Part shown: piece after piece, positions 12,780-25,109 of the stretch
How the letters are laid out: every line of letters begins with the position of its first letter
Position numbering within the stretch: the first letter of the stretch is position 1
DNA from: Octopus bimaculoides
Lineage: Eukaryota
DNA length: 64,000 nt
Direction of reading: 5' to 3'
Assembly: GCF_001194135.2 (NCBI RefSeq)
Contig: NC_068982.1
Location: 96,590,734 to 96,654,733, forward strand
Translations under genes and position numbers: made by a program
The notes under the pieces: generated by a model
Seen by the model: the letters and a program-made list of their open reading frames with translations, nothing else
Databases searched by the model: none
Told to the model about the DNA's origin: nothing

Positions 12780-13010
12780 TCCACGATCTTCTAATAATCA
12801 GTTGTTTGTTCGGTGGAGTTTCGGAATATCTATCAGTCCTTATGGGGAAGGAAAATGGTACGGAATTAGGGGTGCAAAATATAAACAATTGAAATTCTAG
12901 GAGAAAAAATTTCTTCAGAATCGTAAATTCCGTTGTACGAAATACAAACACTGGGCGATCTTCGAAAGATCGCACAAATACTGGACAAAGCACGCACTCT
13001 CGCACTCTCT
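12780..13010 (+). promoter_or_regulatory. Probable POLR3D promoter / non-coding exon 1
   Basis: Locally CpG-rich unique sequence about 300-500 bp upstream of the acceptor at 13300. TSS and donor are not resolved. Confidence 0.45.
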
Positions 13011-13337
13011 CTCTCCCCTTAATTCATTACCCTTTTTCTTCTACATGAGGTTGTGATTGCTATTCCGAAAGTCAGCCTTTTGTTCTATTTAAACAATGTA
13101 AGAGTGAAAGTTTTATGTCAGTTTTGGTGATGAAGACGGTTCCGCAGCATAACTGCAGTCCATTGATCGAAACAAGTGAAAGAATATGTATGTATATGAA
13201 TGTGTATATATGCACACACACACACACACATACAAAAAAAATGGTAAAAATCAATGTTTCTTCTCTTAGTGGTAGTAATTATAATCTTTCTTCTTTTCAG
13301 ATTTCTTTTATCATCAGAAACTTTATTTCACCAAAGA

Positions 13338-13417
13338 ATGTCGGTGCCATCAAAATCCACTGACCTCCCTAGAGGTTTAATAGATCGTAAAGGGACACCT
13401 GCTGGTCGAAACACAAG
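13338..13417 (+). CDS. POLR3D: RPC4 coding exon 1 (MSVPSKSTDLPRGLIDRKGTPAGRNT-R)
   Basis: Acceptor ttcttttcag ends at 13300, ATG at 13338, donor AG|gtgaga after 13417 (phase 2). RGLI-R motif matches the RPC4 N-terminus and the phase joins the next exon. Confidence 0.85.
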
Positions 13418-13530
13418 GTGAGACAATGGTTATTTAGTTCAAATTTGTTAATTAGTCGTTAACAGTAGTATCTTCTGTTAATATTTCAACTTTATTAATC
13501 ACTAGCCTAAAAGCCGCATTCCATGGATGT

Positions 13531-13611
<81 letters not shown>

Positions 13612-15678
13612 ATATATGTGTGTGTGTGTGTATTGTGACTTTGTGTCTGTTTGACCCCTCCTCCCACCGCTTGATAACTAGTGTTGCTGTGTTTACGTTC
13701 ACGTAACTTAGTGGTTCGGTAAAAGAGGCCAATAGAAAAAGTACAAGGCATAAAAAAGAAAGAACTCGTATCAATTTGTTCGATTAAAATCCTTCAAGGC
13801 GGTGCCCCAGCTTGGCCGCAATCTGACGACTGTAAAAGATGAAAGAACCACTAAATTCCTTAGTAAAACTTAAAGCTAAGGGAGGTAACTCTTGTACCTC
13901 TCACGGTCGCTTTACCTACTAGAAATAGCAACCCAAATGCTTTAAATCAGATCTCAATGCTGGATGTTCAAGAACCAAATGAAGGGCAGATTTTCAATCC
14001 AGGGATCATCCCAATTCTAAAAAGATATAATATGTCTATGTAGAGCAAATGTAGACTGAGATACAGGGGTCCCAGACAGACAGAATTTTGCTTTTATTAA
14101 TATGGATTATCATCATCACCATCATTTAATGTCTGTTTTCTGTTCTGGCATGCATTGGACAGTTTGGTAGGATCTGAGAACCTGCAAGGCTGTACCAAGC
14201 TTCAGTGTCACCTATGCCATGGTTTCTATGGCTGGATATCCTTCCCAATGCCAACCGACTTACAGCTTTATTTGTATCACTGGCATTAGTGAGGTAAGTT
14301 ACAGAACAGAAAAGGAAAAATGGAAAAAGCACCCCACTTCTTGGACGGGATGTTAGTGAGAGGAGGTGGTTTTATGTCAGGTGCTGAGAGGCTAATGTAT
14401 GATAGAGGGACAGAAACAGGTGTCTTGCTGTAGAGGAGACATAACTACTCCACATTATATAAGGATGAGTATTAGTAGTCAGGGAGAAGATAAAGATAGT
14501 AGTGATGGAGTGCTATTGTATTTAATAACAAGTCTTCTTTGTTATTCAAAGTTTAAATGAACTTAAACAGAATGTATGTATATTTCTATCATGTGAAACG
14601 CACCAGTACTGTTATATTCACTATATATACAGACACTATGTGCTTGCATTTCCAATAACAGGGAATAATGTTCACAACCTATGGTGGTTAAACAATTTAA
14701 ACGATATTGATACTAAAACATAGGTTAGTATAATCTACTTTCTATTCATAACAGAAAATAATAATCAAGGAAATTAGCCTCATGGCTGTGTGATTAAGAA
14801 GTTTCTGATCCCAAGTTTGATCCCACAGCACTACACCCTTTGAATGTGTCTTCTATCATAGCCTCAGGTCGATCAGTACTCTGTGAGTAGAGTTTGGTTG
14901 AGAGCAACTGTGCTGAAACCTGCCATGTATTCTTGTATTCTTTTACTTGTTTCAGTCATCAGACTGCAGCCATGCTGGGGCAGTGCCTTGAAGGATTTGG
15001 TAAAAAAAAGTGCACACACACACACACGTGGCCTGAAATAATTACTGGGGTTGTTATGATTGATTGAACCTTTACAAAATTCCAAAGAAATATGGTTTCA
15101 AATGAAAAAGATTTAACAATGTCCTTCCAGAAATATCACATCCTGAATGGCAATAACAATTAACCGACAAGTAGCAGATTGTATTGAATGATAGCATTTT
15201 GTCCATCTGTTACTACTACAACTTACTAAACTGCAAACAAGAAAGTTTCTTATGTCAAGTGACCTGCTAGAAATAGCAATGAGGGACTCAAATCACACTC
15301 TACCATCTTCAAACAAAAGAAAACCCTGGATAATACAGTCTTAGTTGTGCTATATATGAAAAACTGACATGTTTTTGAATATTGGAATACTTTTGATTAC
15401 AGGTCTGTTTGATGAGGATTGACCTCAGGTTACACAACAACTAAACTGTAAAGTAACTTTCTAATGATTTAAAACAAAATGAACTTTTTAAAGCAGATAT
15501 CACAAAATTAAGTTCATCAATTTTATTGAATTACTCAGACTAATCAACTAAAGCATTTTTATAAATGTTAAATCAATCAAACTAAGCATTCATTATTTTA
15601 TATATTAAGTGAAATCGAAATCGAGTTAAATTGGACACTAAACTCCACTTGCGAAGACCTGTTGAGGCAAGTGAAATC

Positions 15679-16361
15679 NNNNNNNNNNNNNNNNNNNNNN
15701 NNNNNNNNNNNNNNNNNNNNNNNNNNNNNNNNNNNNNNNNNNNNNNNNNNNNNNNNNNNNNNNNNNNNNNNNNNNNNNNNNNNNNNNNNNNNNNNNNNNN
15801 NNNNNNNNNNNNNNNNNNNNNNNNNNNNNNNNNNNNNNNNNNNNNNNNNNNNNNNNNNNNNNNNNNNNNNNNNNNNNNNNNNNNNNNNNNNNNNNNNNNN
15901 NNNNNNNNNNNNNNNNNNNNNNNNNNNNNNNNNNNNNNNNNNNNNNNNNNNNNNNNNNNNNNNNNNNNNNNNNNNNNNNNNNNNNNNNNNNNNNNNNNNN
16001 NNNNNNNNNNNNNNNNNNNNNNNNNNNNNNNNNNNNNNNNNNNNNNNNNNNNNNNNNNNNNNNNNNNNNNNNNNNNNNNNNNNNNNNNNNNNNNNNNNNN
16101 NNNNNNNNNNNNNNNNNNNNNNNNNNNNNNNNNNNNNNNNNNNNNNNNNNNNNNNNNNNNNNNNNNNNNNNNNNNNNNNNNNNNNNNNNNNNNNNNNNNN
16201 NNNNNNNNNNNNNNNNNNNNNNNNNNNNNNNNNNNNNNNNNNNNNNNNNNNNNNNNNNNNNNNNNNNNNNNNNNNNNNNNNNNNNNNNNNNNNNNNNNNN
16301 NNNNNNNNNNNNNNNNNNNNNNNNNNNNNNNNNNNNNNNNNNNNNNNNNNNNNNNNNNNNN
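15679..16361. other. Assembly gap (683 N)
   Basis: N run. ORF-track entries crossing it are artefacts. Confidence 1.
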
Positions 16362-16878
16362 NGCCTCGGTGAGGCCCAATGTACGAAGGTCTTGCCTCAC
16401 CACCTCAGCCCAGGTGATCATATCAAATAGTGTTGTGCAAACCTTTATTCTCAATATGTTTTAAAAGCATAAAGTAGGAGATGAGTTGATAAAGTCTAGA
16501 CAGATGTGGCTATGAACAAAGTTTTGGTGTCACTGATTCAGTTTTTATTATATGGCTTAGTTGTTGTAGAAACGTTTTTTTTTAGGCACTGGTGAATATA
16601 TTCAAGGTAAAACCAGAAAATTATGTAAGATGTGACTGGAGGACTTGTTTGTTAATTGTACAAAGTGTACAAAAATACTGTGATTCAATCAGTAATTCAT
16701 TTATTATTATATATAATCTCTAATTGTCTTTCTTTTTTTAAAAAAAAAAAATCTTTACCATCATCTCTCTTTCCTTCCCTTTGTTTTCTGAACAATTAAT
16801 TATTCATATGCACATCCTGTGGTGTTATGCTTTGAAATCAAATATTGTTATCCCTCTGCTGTTTATTTACACCAACAG

Positions 16879-16974
16879 GTTGCCTTCAATTCGTGGTCCC
16901 CGTGATTTGACACTTGGTGGCATCCCTAAGAAAGTTTTTATGCCAAATATTCCTTCTCGAAGATCAAAAGAAGA
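16879..16974 (+). CDS. POLR3D: RPC4 coding exon 2 (RLPSIRGPRDLTLGGIPKKVFMPNIPSRRSKE)
   Basis: caacag| acceptor and |gtaagt donor. Close to human RPC4 RLPSIRSRDLTLGGVKKKTFTPNI. Confidence 0.95.
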
Positions 16975-18411
16975 GTAAGTAGAAGTCTTCTTCTTTGCAG
17001 TTTCCATGTCTTCTTTTAATACTGGGTGCAGTATATATCTTTACCCATTATTCATTTTATCATAAAATAAGAAGTTTTAGTGTTTGGTTAATGAAAGTTT
17101 ACAGGTTAATTATATTTATTAACAATATTTTACATATATTTACAATTCTACAATTCAAAATGACCACCATTTGTTTCTACCATAGCCCTTAATCTTTTCA
17201 CAACTGAAGTGGATGACTTATTATGTTTAAATAATGGGTAAATGTATATGCTGCACCCAGTATATTTCTCAGATGATTATTTTATAAATACTGAGAGGTA
17301 AAAGTCTATCCGCAATATACAATGCATTTTGTAGAGGAGAACAGATCAATTGGGTGAGTTATTGAACTACCAGCTTCATAGATGTTAAATTTATATCCAC
17401 TTCATACATTTGAACTGTGTATTTAGTTCTGCATACTTCAGTTCACTTTATTATTAAATATAAGATCTGGGTATGTACCCTGGAATCAAATTATATTGTT
17501 GGGGCTTAGTGCTGATCCTAATGAAATTCTCAGAGACTTTGGGAACATATATTTTATTGTTTTATTTTATATTATAAAGTAACAGATTACCCTGCTTGTC
17601 TCATTTCACTGTTGAGGAATGAGCAGTAAAAACAGCCTCTAACTGTAAAAAGTAATTAATTCATATCTTACTATGATGTTGGAAAAACACCTTTGTAATT
17701 GTTTATATATTACTAATGATGTGATAAATTCAGAGTGAGGTGATAAAGTCATAACTGAAGCTTAAATTACTTAATTTTATACAGATTTATTCTTTACATA
17801 CACCATCACTGTTTATCAAAAATTGATCTGTATAATTGGTTTTACTTGACTCTATAGCTAGTTATTTAGTCTGTGTAATTAGCTAACTGCTATGGAGTGT
17901 AATTTAAGAGCTCAGCATGCTGAGTAAGTGGTCTCATTTTAATTCTTTGGTTGTAACTATTTCAGTTACATAACTGATTCTCTTAGGAAAGCATGAAAAT
18001 CACAACCTTATGTACCTTCTCTAAAGATCTTCAGCTTCATGTCTTTGAAAGGTTTTGTGAAACTACACTAATGTACCTTCTGAAAAACTATTATAGCATC
18101 AGTATAACTTCGTTGGGGAATACTTCTTGTACCAAATGGAAAAGAAAACTAGAAAAAATTGTTGATATTGTATCTAAAGTAGCCAAGCAACAAAATAAAG
18201 ATAGGTTAAAGATATTGGTTTCTAATTGCTGGTCATGGTTTTAGTTATATTATTAATGCACTCAAGGTAGGTATAAATATTACATAGCACTCTGTTGATT
18301 CCACTTAGTATTTTATGTTTCTTACCTGCCTAACGTATGATACATAAACTAAAAAAAAACCTTATTTAGTTGGTTACTCAATAATTATTGTTGACAATGT
18401 ACCTTCTGTAG

Positions 18412-18587
18412 CAGCACCAGCAGTACAAATTTGAAACCAGAAAGCCAACAACAAAGTCCCAAATTAGATCGCCATTCACGGCATGAACGAGATCGCGGAA
18501 GAGGTCGAAATAGAGGGAGAGACAATGTTGTACAGTCACATTCCATCTTTGAACAAGGTCCCTCTGGGGAGTTTCTTTCTCGGAATA
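18412..18587 (+). CDS. POLR3D: RPC4 coding exon 3 (..ERDRGRGRNRGRDNVVQSHSIFEQGP..)
   Basis: ttctgtag| acceptor, A|gtaagt donor. Conserved RGRGR...QSHSIFEQGP motif. Confidence 0.95.
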
Positions 18588-18818
18588 GTAAGTTATTTTC
18601 TTTTGTTCTTTTATCTTTTGTTACAGCTCAAATTGAATGTGTTTGATTTTGATATTGCAACAGTTCAGTATATATTTCATCTGTCTATTTAGAAATAAAT
18701 ATACTCCATGTACCATTAATCCATTATTATTTAGAATATGAGACATTTTGGTGCAACTGTTTTGACGTAATTGATTCAACACTGACTTACTTGACATGAG
18801 ATGTTTTAATGTATCTCG

Positions 18819-18823
<5 letters not shown>

Positions 18824-18903
<80 letters not shown>
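18824..18903. repeat. (CT)n(GT)n microsatellite; others at about 13534-13632, 35690-35765, 56632-56661, 56800-56828
   Basis: Read directly from the sequence. Confidence 0.95.
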
Positions 18904-18904
<1 letters not shown>

Positions 18905-19081
18905 ATAAAGAGAGGGGAAGTGTTAATGTCAATCATGTTCAATTAATAAATTGTAACCACTCTCTTTCTCACATTCTTTCTATCTGTATGTGCATATTTC
19001 TACATGTGTGTGTGTGTGTGGGGGGGGATTGCCTGCAGCACCAAAGAGTACTGTTGTCTCATTCCATTATTATTCTTGCAG

Positions 19082-19224
19082 GAGCTCCATCTTATTCCTC
19101 TGGTGATGGTGGTGGTGGTGGTGGAGGAGGAGGCGGCGGCTCCAAGATTTATAAGTCATCTTTTAATAAAAGAGAAAATAAAGAAGAAACAAAAAAATTA
19201 CTTGACAGACTCCTAAAGGATGAT
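19082..19224 (+). CDS. POLR3D: RPC4 coding exon 4 (poly-Gly; EETKKLLDRLLKDD)
   Basis: ttcttgcag| acceptor, GAT|gtaagt donor, phases consistent. Matches human EETKQILRMLEKDD. Confidence 0.92.
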
Positions 19225-19245
19225 GTAAGTCAGTTTTATTGTTGA

Positions 19246-19966
19246 CTAGCTTGAGTAGCTTATCATTGCCAGGCAATTTTCGCAATAGAATGCCTTTCTA
19301 TTGTTGAGAGCTGAAGAATTATGTATATTATTTGTCCTCATCTTGATTGTCGTTAGCACCATGTTTCGGCTGATGTACTCTTCAGCCTTTATCAGGTGTC
19401 CTGGGGGAATTTCGAACCTGGGTTCTCATTCCTAAAGTATTTTTCCGATGTTATTATTATTCAGGTCACTACCTGAAATCGAACTTGGAATCTTGGGGTT
19501 AGTAGCCCGCGCTCTCAACCAATACACCATGAGAACTCAGGTTTGAAATTTCTTCAGGAGACATGATGAAGGCTGGAGGGTATATCAGCCGAAACGGGGT
19601 GTTAACAACAAACAAGATGAGGACAAATATCCGTCAAATGTAAATAATGTAGAATGCCTTTATTTCAATTTTTTTATTCCAAGTCAAATCATGTCTTCCC
19701 CGATGGATAGGCCTCTTGATTGGGACAGATTTCTGCTTTATTTGGGGCAGTTTATGTCTCAATAAATGGAGACTTTTGTTTTTCCATTTGGTACATAGAC
19801 ATAAAGATTTTTCTTACATCCTACTCTTGAACATAAAGCTGACCATAGATGAAGGAAGGCTCTTCAAGGTGTAAACCAGGAACCAAAAATGTTTACCCCT
19901 GCAATTTGTTGATGGTCATGGCACAACTAAGGCTCACTGGAAATTGAAGTTGTTTGAATTGAAATA
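19246..19966 (-). mobile_element. Helitron 3' fragment (PIF1-type helicase C-terminus and terminus)
   Basis: About 19757-19966 on minus reads FQFKQLQFPVSLSCAMTINKLQG*TFLVPGLHLEEPSFIYGQLYV//SRVGCKKNLYVYVPNGKTK. Palindrome ATTGCC-A-GGCAAT at 19265-19277, then CTAG|T at 19249-19245. Confidence 0.85.
19298..19649. mobile_element. Head-to-head pair: full tRNA-SINE (-) plus 5'-truncated tail copy (+), each with a hammerhead-like motif
   Basis: Head at about 19470-19531 (-), inversion junction at CATG 19528-19531, direct repeat TAGAATGCCTTT at 19286-19297 and 19650-19661. Confidence 0.8.
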
Positions 19967-21336
19967 GATCATCATCTCGTGAGTCCATGTGATGGAGGCT
20001 CTTGTGTGGTTATCATCTAATCTATGCATTCTATGCTTGGGTGTTTCCTGAGATCGTGTGACGGAGGCTTGTGTTCGCATATCATCAAGAGTCGATTCAT
20101 TCTCTATTCAGGTGTCTCCTGAGCTTGCTGCTGACACTGTGAGGGTCTTTCAATTCTGTCACCCTCATGGAATTCCTTACACACATATACACACATGCAC
20201 ACACACACATACAAACATACGCACACTTAACATGTGAGATATACACAGAGAGAGGTAAATATATGTAGAAAGGGGTAAGTTTACACTGAGAAAAGCATAA
20301 AAGATGGAAAGACATAGGTTGACAGAGAGAAAGGTATGCAGACAGACATGCTCATCTGTGACTGACTTGCATTACATGTCATATCGAGAGAGAGAGAGAG
20401 AGAGAGGAGCAGCATGCAAGAAAGGTATCCACATACTGAGAGAGAATGTGGTAAATATATATAGAGAGAGATAGAGAGGAAAAGCATAAATAACAAAATG
20501 AGACAAATAAACAGATAGAGGGAGGTAGATAGTTATAAGATATGACACACATACACACATATACAAACACACACACACTCAGGTGATCATGAGTTTAAAA
20601 TGGCTGTTTCTAATCTGGAAGTTGAGTTATTTCTTGAAGTAAATTATACTTTTTGATTACTTATAACCAAGTACTTTCTCCTTGGGATGCTGATTTTGAA
20701 AATCAAATCTGTTTTTCTCTAGGACACACCATTTCAGAGCCTTTTGATGACATGCACATATACATACACTCTTACACTCTCATTTATATGGTAGATAAAT
20801 GCTAAAATAGAATGACAGAGTATCTTTTTTCTTTTCAGAATTGTATGAGACACCATCATTTTAATGTGCATTTTCCATGGTTTGACTGAGTGTATAACAT
20901 GGTATTTTCTATGTATCTTGATTCTGTACAACTTCATTCATAAGATTTAACTTTTTAAACCTCAATCAAATTATTAACCTGGAAAGATTTATTGCCTATC
21001 AACTTTGTGTTGTATAAAAAGGATGAGAATTAGCCCTTAAAAGCCATTGTTTAAAAAATATTATCTGAAACCTACCCCTTGGATGGGCTGGAATTCAGAA
21101 GGTATATTTCTAAACAATGTACCTAGTTGGCTAACTAGCCCACATCAGCCCTGACCAAAGGCATTCCAGCCATGACTATCCCATTTTTTCAGACAATGTA
21201 TGAATGACCATGTCATTCAGTGGTTTCTCTTTTTGAAATTGTATGAGATTTGACTGCTATTTCTAGCTGATAATACAGCCGTATAAATGTTCTCCTGACA
21301 TCTTAAGTAGCCTAATGTTTTATTTATGTTTGTCAG

Positions 21337-21451
21337 TTTATAGAACCATGTGGGATAGATGATGACAGTATGCAGCCTGTGCAGCTCCCTTTCACTTGCA
21401 AACTTGAAATGAAGGATGAGAAAGAAAATATTGGTACCATACCAATTAAAA
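21337..21451 (+). CDS. POLR3D: RPC4 coding exon 5 (FIEPCGIDDDSMQPVQLPFTCK..)
   Basis: tttgtcag| acceptor, A|gtaagt donor. PVQLP motif as in human RPC4. Confidence 0.9.
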
Positions 21452-22704
21452 GTAAGTATTTCAACTTGAAACACTTTAACTAGAGAGCCCACTTTTGTGT
21501 TGCTCTACCACTTGTCATCAGCACTGTAGTGTGTCCATCTAGCAGTAAATGGCTACTGTGAGCAGTACTGCTTACTATTGTAAGTGGCAACCCTGTATAG
21601 CACCAAATATTTCACAGTGTTCTGGTGCATTTTTTCATGGCACACCACTGTAGAAATTGTCTTGCCCTCAGAAAGACAAAAGAGACCTCTTAACCTAGTT
21701 TTGTCTCTGCTCCATTTTCCAACCACTTCACAGAGTGTACTGGGTATTTTTCATTGCACCAGCATTAATGAGGTTGCCTTGTAATTAACTAGGCTAAATA
21801 GCTCCCGTGACTGAGAGAGAGAATAGGAGATGGGGTGGTGATTTTAGGCAAGCTGTTGAAAAATTTAAGTATGATGAGAGGGGTGGTAGAGAAAAGACTA
21901 ACAAAGACAAGGTGAGGGAAAGGAGTAAAAGAGAAATAGCTGTCTCAGTTGAGATGTCTTGTCATGCTAGTTACTTGGTGGCATCACTGGTGCTGGTGTC
22001 ATGTAAAAAGCACCCAATACATTCTGTAAAGTGGTCGGCATTAGGATGGGCATCCAGCCATAGAAGCCCTACCATAGAAGACAGCAGGGCTTGGTATAGT
22101 CCCCTGGCTCACCAGCTCCTGTCAAATATCCATGTCAGCATGGAAAGTAGTTGTTTAGTGGTAGTGGTGATGATGATGATGATATATAAACTGGCTAAAA
22201 CTAAACTTGAGAGCCGTCTAAATCTTCAAGCAGCTATTTTGATTTGAGACACACACCAACAAACATCATGATAGTGATATGGAACAAGAGAAAACACTCC
22301 CACAGAAATTAAAATTTATGTAAGGAAAATTAAAATTCAGAATTAAGGGAGGTAACTTGCATATATATATATATATATAAAAGTGGTTTGACTGAGTATT
22401 GGTAGCAGTGCAGGCAAATAACAATCCATACTTTCATTTCTTTCTTCCTCCTACCTTGGTCTATCTTATGTACTCATGCTTTCTCTTACCCATTCTGTTG
22501 GACACATAGCTCTAATCAAACGAAAATAACATACAGTAGTAAGAGGAAATGTCACTATCTTGGAAAGGATCAGTTATAATTATTTATTATAGTGTGAAGA
22601 CTATTCTCTGTTTATACTTCATGTTTCATGATTTTTTACAAATGCTACTATTGATTGCCAAGGAAACATGGACAGCAGTATAAAAAATGAAGAATAAGGT
22701 CATA

Positions 22705-24325
22705 TATCATTATTTAACGTCCGTTTTCCCTGTTGGCATGGGTTGGATGGTTTGTCACAAGCTGACCAGCTGAAGAGCTGTCCAGGTTCCATGTCTGTTT
22801 TGGCATGGTTTCTATGACTGGATGCCCTTCATAACGCCAATCATTTTACAGTGTGTTCTGGGTGCTTTTACACAGCACAGGTGCGTTTATGTAGCTCTGG
22901 TATATGTGCTTTTTATGTGGCACCAGCACCCATGAGCTGCAAGATTAAGAATGCTCAACTGGAGAGAGATGCTGGGGACAAGCCTGTGTGCAAGGACAAC
23001 CATGCTTTTATTTAGCTTGACATGTCTTTTCAAGTACAGCAAACCACCAAGAATCTTGGCCCCCTATCATCCCCTCTGTGAGTCCCAACGTTTGTAGTCA
23101 CAACCCATGTCTCACTTCCATGTTGCATAGCTGTTTGTACACAAGCATCATACATTCTGCCTTTCACTCTGAGGGAGAGGCCCTTCATTACTAACAGTGG
23201 TTGTAGCTCTCTGAACTTCGCCCAGCCTATTCTTATTCTAGCGGCTATGCTTTTGGAACAAGCTCCTTTACTACTAACTTGGTCACCTAAGTAACAGAAG
23301 CTGTCTACTACTTCTAAGGATTTCCTTGACATTTGAGAGAGTCTACTTTTTTGTACATTCCTGATGTTTAATGTACCTGTACATCTGCTACATGTAAAGA
23401 CTACTTTCTCTGTTAGTCTTCCAGTGATACCGCTGCACCTCTGATATGTTCATATCTTGCACTGGGTTCACCTCATGGAGTTTCTCCCAATACCTTTCTA
23501 CATATTGAGCAGGGATCTGTGATTTATCTCTTTTTCTACTTATCATTACTTTGGTCTTTGCTAAATTAACTCTAAGATCCTTTGATTGTTGTCTGTGCTT
23601 CCATACCTAAATTTCTTCTCTAGTTTTGGTAGTGATTCAGGGATAAGAACAAGATCTTTGGTATAGGGGAGCTCTCAAGGGCAGCCAGTCTTAAATTCCT
23701 CAGTTATAGCTTGGAGGATCATGATAAACAAGATGGGGCTAAGAACTAATCCCTGGTAGACTCCTACTCGTACACTAAACTCCTTGCTATACTCATTGGC
23801 GACTCTCACCTTACTGACAGCATCTCTGTACATAGCTCTCATTAACCATTCATCTATCCCTAGCTTGTGCATTTACCACCAGATAAGGGAGTGGGAGACC
23901 CTGTCAAAGGTTTTCTCCATGTCAACAAATTTAGCTAAGTATTTCTCCTGCAGCTGTCCCACCAGGAATATAGCACCGGTGGTGCTTCTTCCTGGCACAA
24001 ATCCAAGCTGCATCTCATCTATGTTAACTCTCTTCCTAATTAATTGAACTATAATTCTTTCTGCAACTTTCATCACCTGGTCTAGCAATTTGATGCCACT
24101 ATAATTATTTCTGTCTAGGTTATCATTCTTGCCTTTGTAGCAGTTGACAATAATGCTGCTACACCAATCATTGGGTATAACTCCCTCGTGGATAACCTGA
24201 TTAACCATATGGGTGATCAAGTCATATCCCACTCTGCCAGATATTTTAAGCATCTCAACAGTGATTCCTGATGGACTGAAGGCTTTACCTGTTTTCATAT
24301 CCTTAATTGCTTTATCTACAAACCG
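22705..24325 (-). mobile_element. RTE-clade LINE, 5'-truncated, decayed RT
   Basis: GKAFSPSGITVEMLK, NYSGIKLLDQVMK, QLGFVPGRSTT, FVDMEKTFDRV, YADD decayed to YTKD, SFCYLGD; 3' tail at about 22.7 kb. Confidence 0.92.
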
Positions 24326-24734
24326 CTGTCATATATCTATCTATCTGTCTGTCTGTCTGTCTGTCTGTCTACATACACACACACACATAGATACATATAT
24401 TATGATTTCATATAGGTATAGCAATACTAATTACCAGCTGTTAGAACTCAGTATACATATGTTTTAGAATAAAGCATTGGGTGAGTACAGAGCATAATAT
24501 TAATTAATGAATGACAAGAGAACAAGAGTCATGTAATTACATTTACTAGCTTACTGCTATAAGATGCAGGGCACTCAGATGTGAGTATGTTGTTTCTTAT
24601 AGCAGAAACGTCTATAAGATAGTGAAGGTGATTATGTGACTTCTGTTCTCTTATTGTTCATCAGTATATATATATGTGCGTATGTATATGAGGGCAGATG
24701 TTTTATATTAATTTTGATTTTTGTGATATTTTAG

Positions 24735-24866
24735 CTGAACCAAGTGAAGAGAATATGTTAACAGATGCAAAAACAACAGAAATAAAAACTGAGCAACCAT
24801 TTCCAAAACATGCTTCCGGTAAACAAAACACATGTGAACAACTGTTCAGTAAATGTATGAAATCAG
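24735..24866 (+). CDS. POLR3D: RPC4 coding exon 6 (linker, TEPSEENMLTDAK..CEQLFSKCMKS)
   Basis: attttag| acceptor, G|gtaaga donor. Open frame with phase 1 at both ends bridges exons 5 and 7; sequence is poorly conserved. Confidence 0.8.
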
Positions 24867-25109
24867 GTAAGACCTCATTTTGTTGTTTGGTTTTCATATT
24901 GATGTGTCACTCATTGTGTAAAAGTAACATTATATCCATATCGTCGAATGTTATCCTTCAATTACTTAATCATTATATCAAATAGAATTAGTTTTCATCA
25001 ATAATTGTATTTCAATTGGCGATTGATACCAAAATATTCATACAAGTAAGGCCATTGCTGTCTATCAGTAATGCTCTGTGGGCAAAATAATTTAGTTATT
25101 CTAATTTTG

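Noticed and set aside
15582-16464. Long ORFs across the first N-gap (also 25756-26557)
   Set aside because: Produced by translating N runs.
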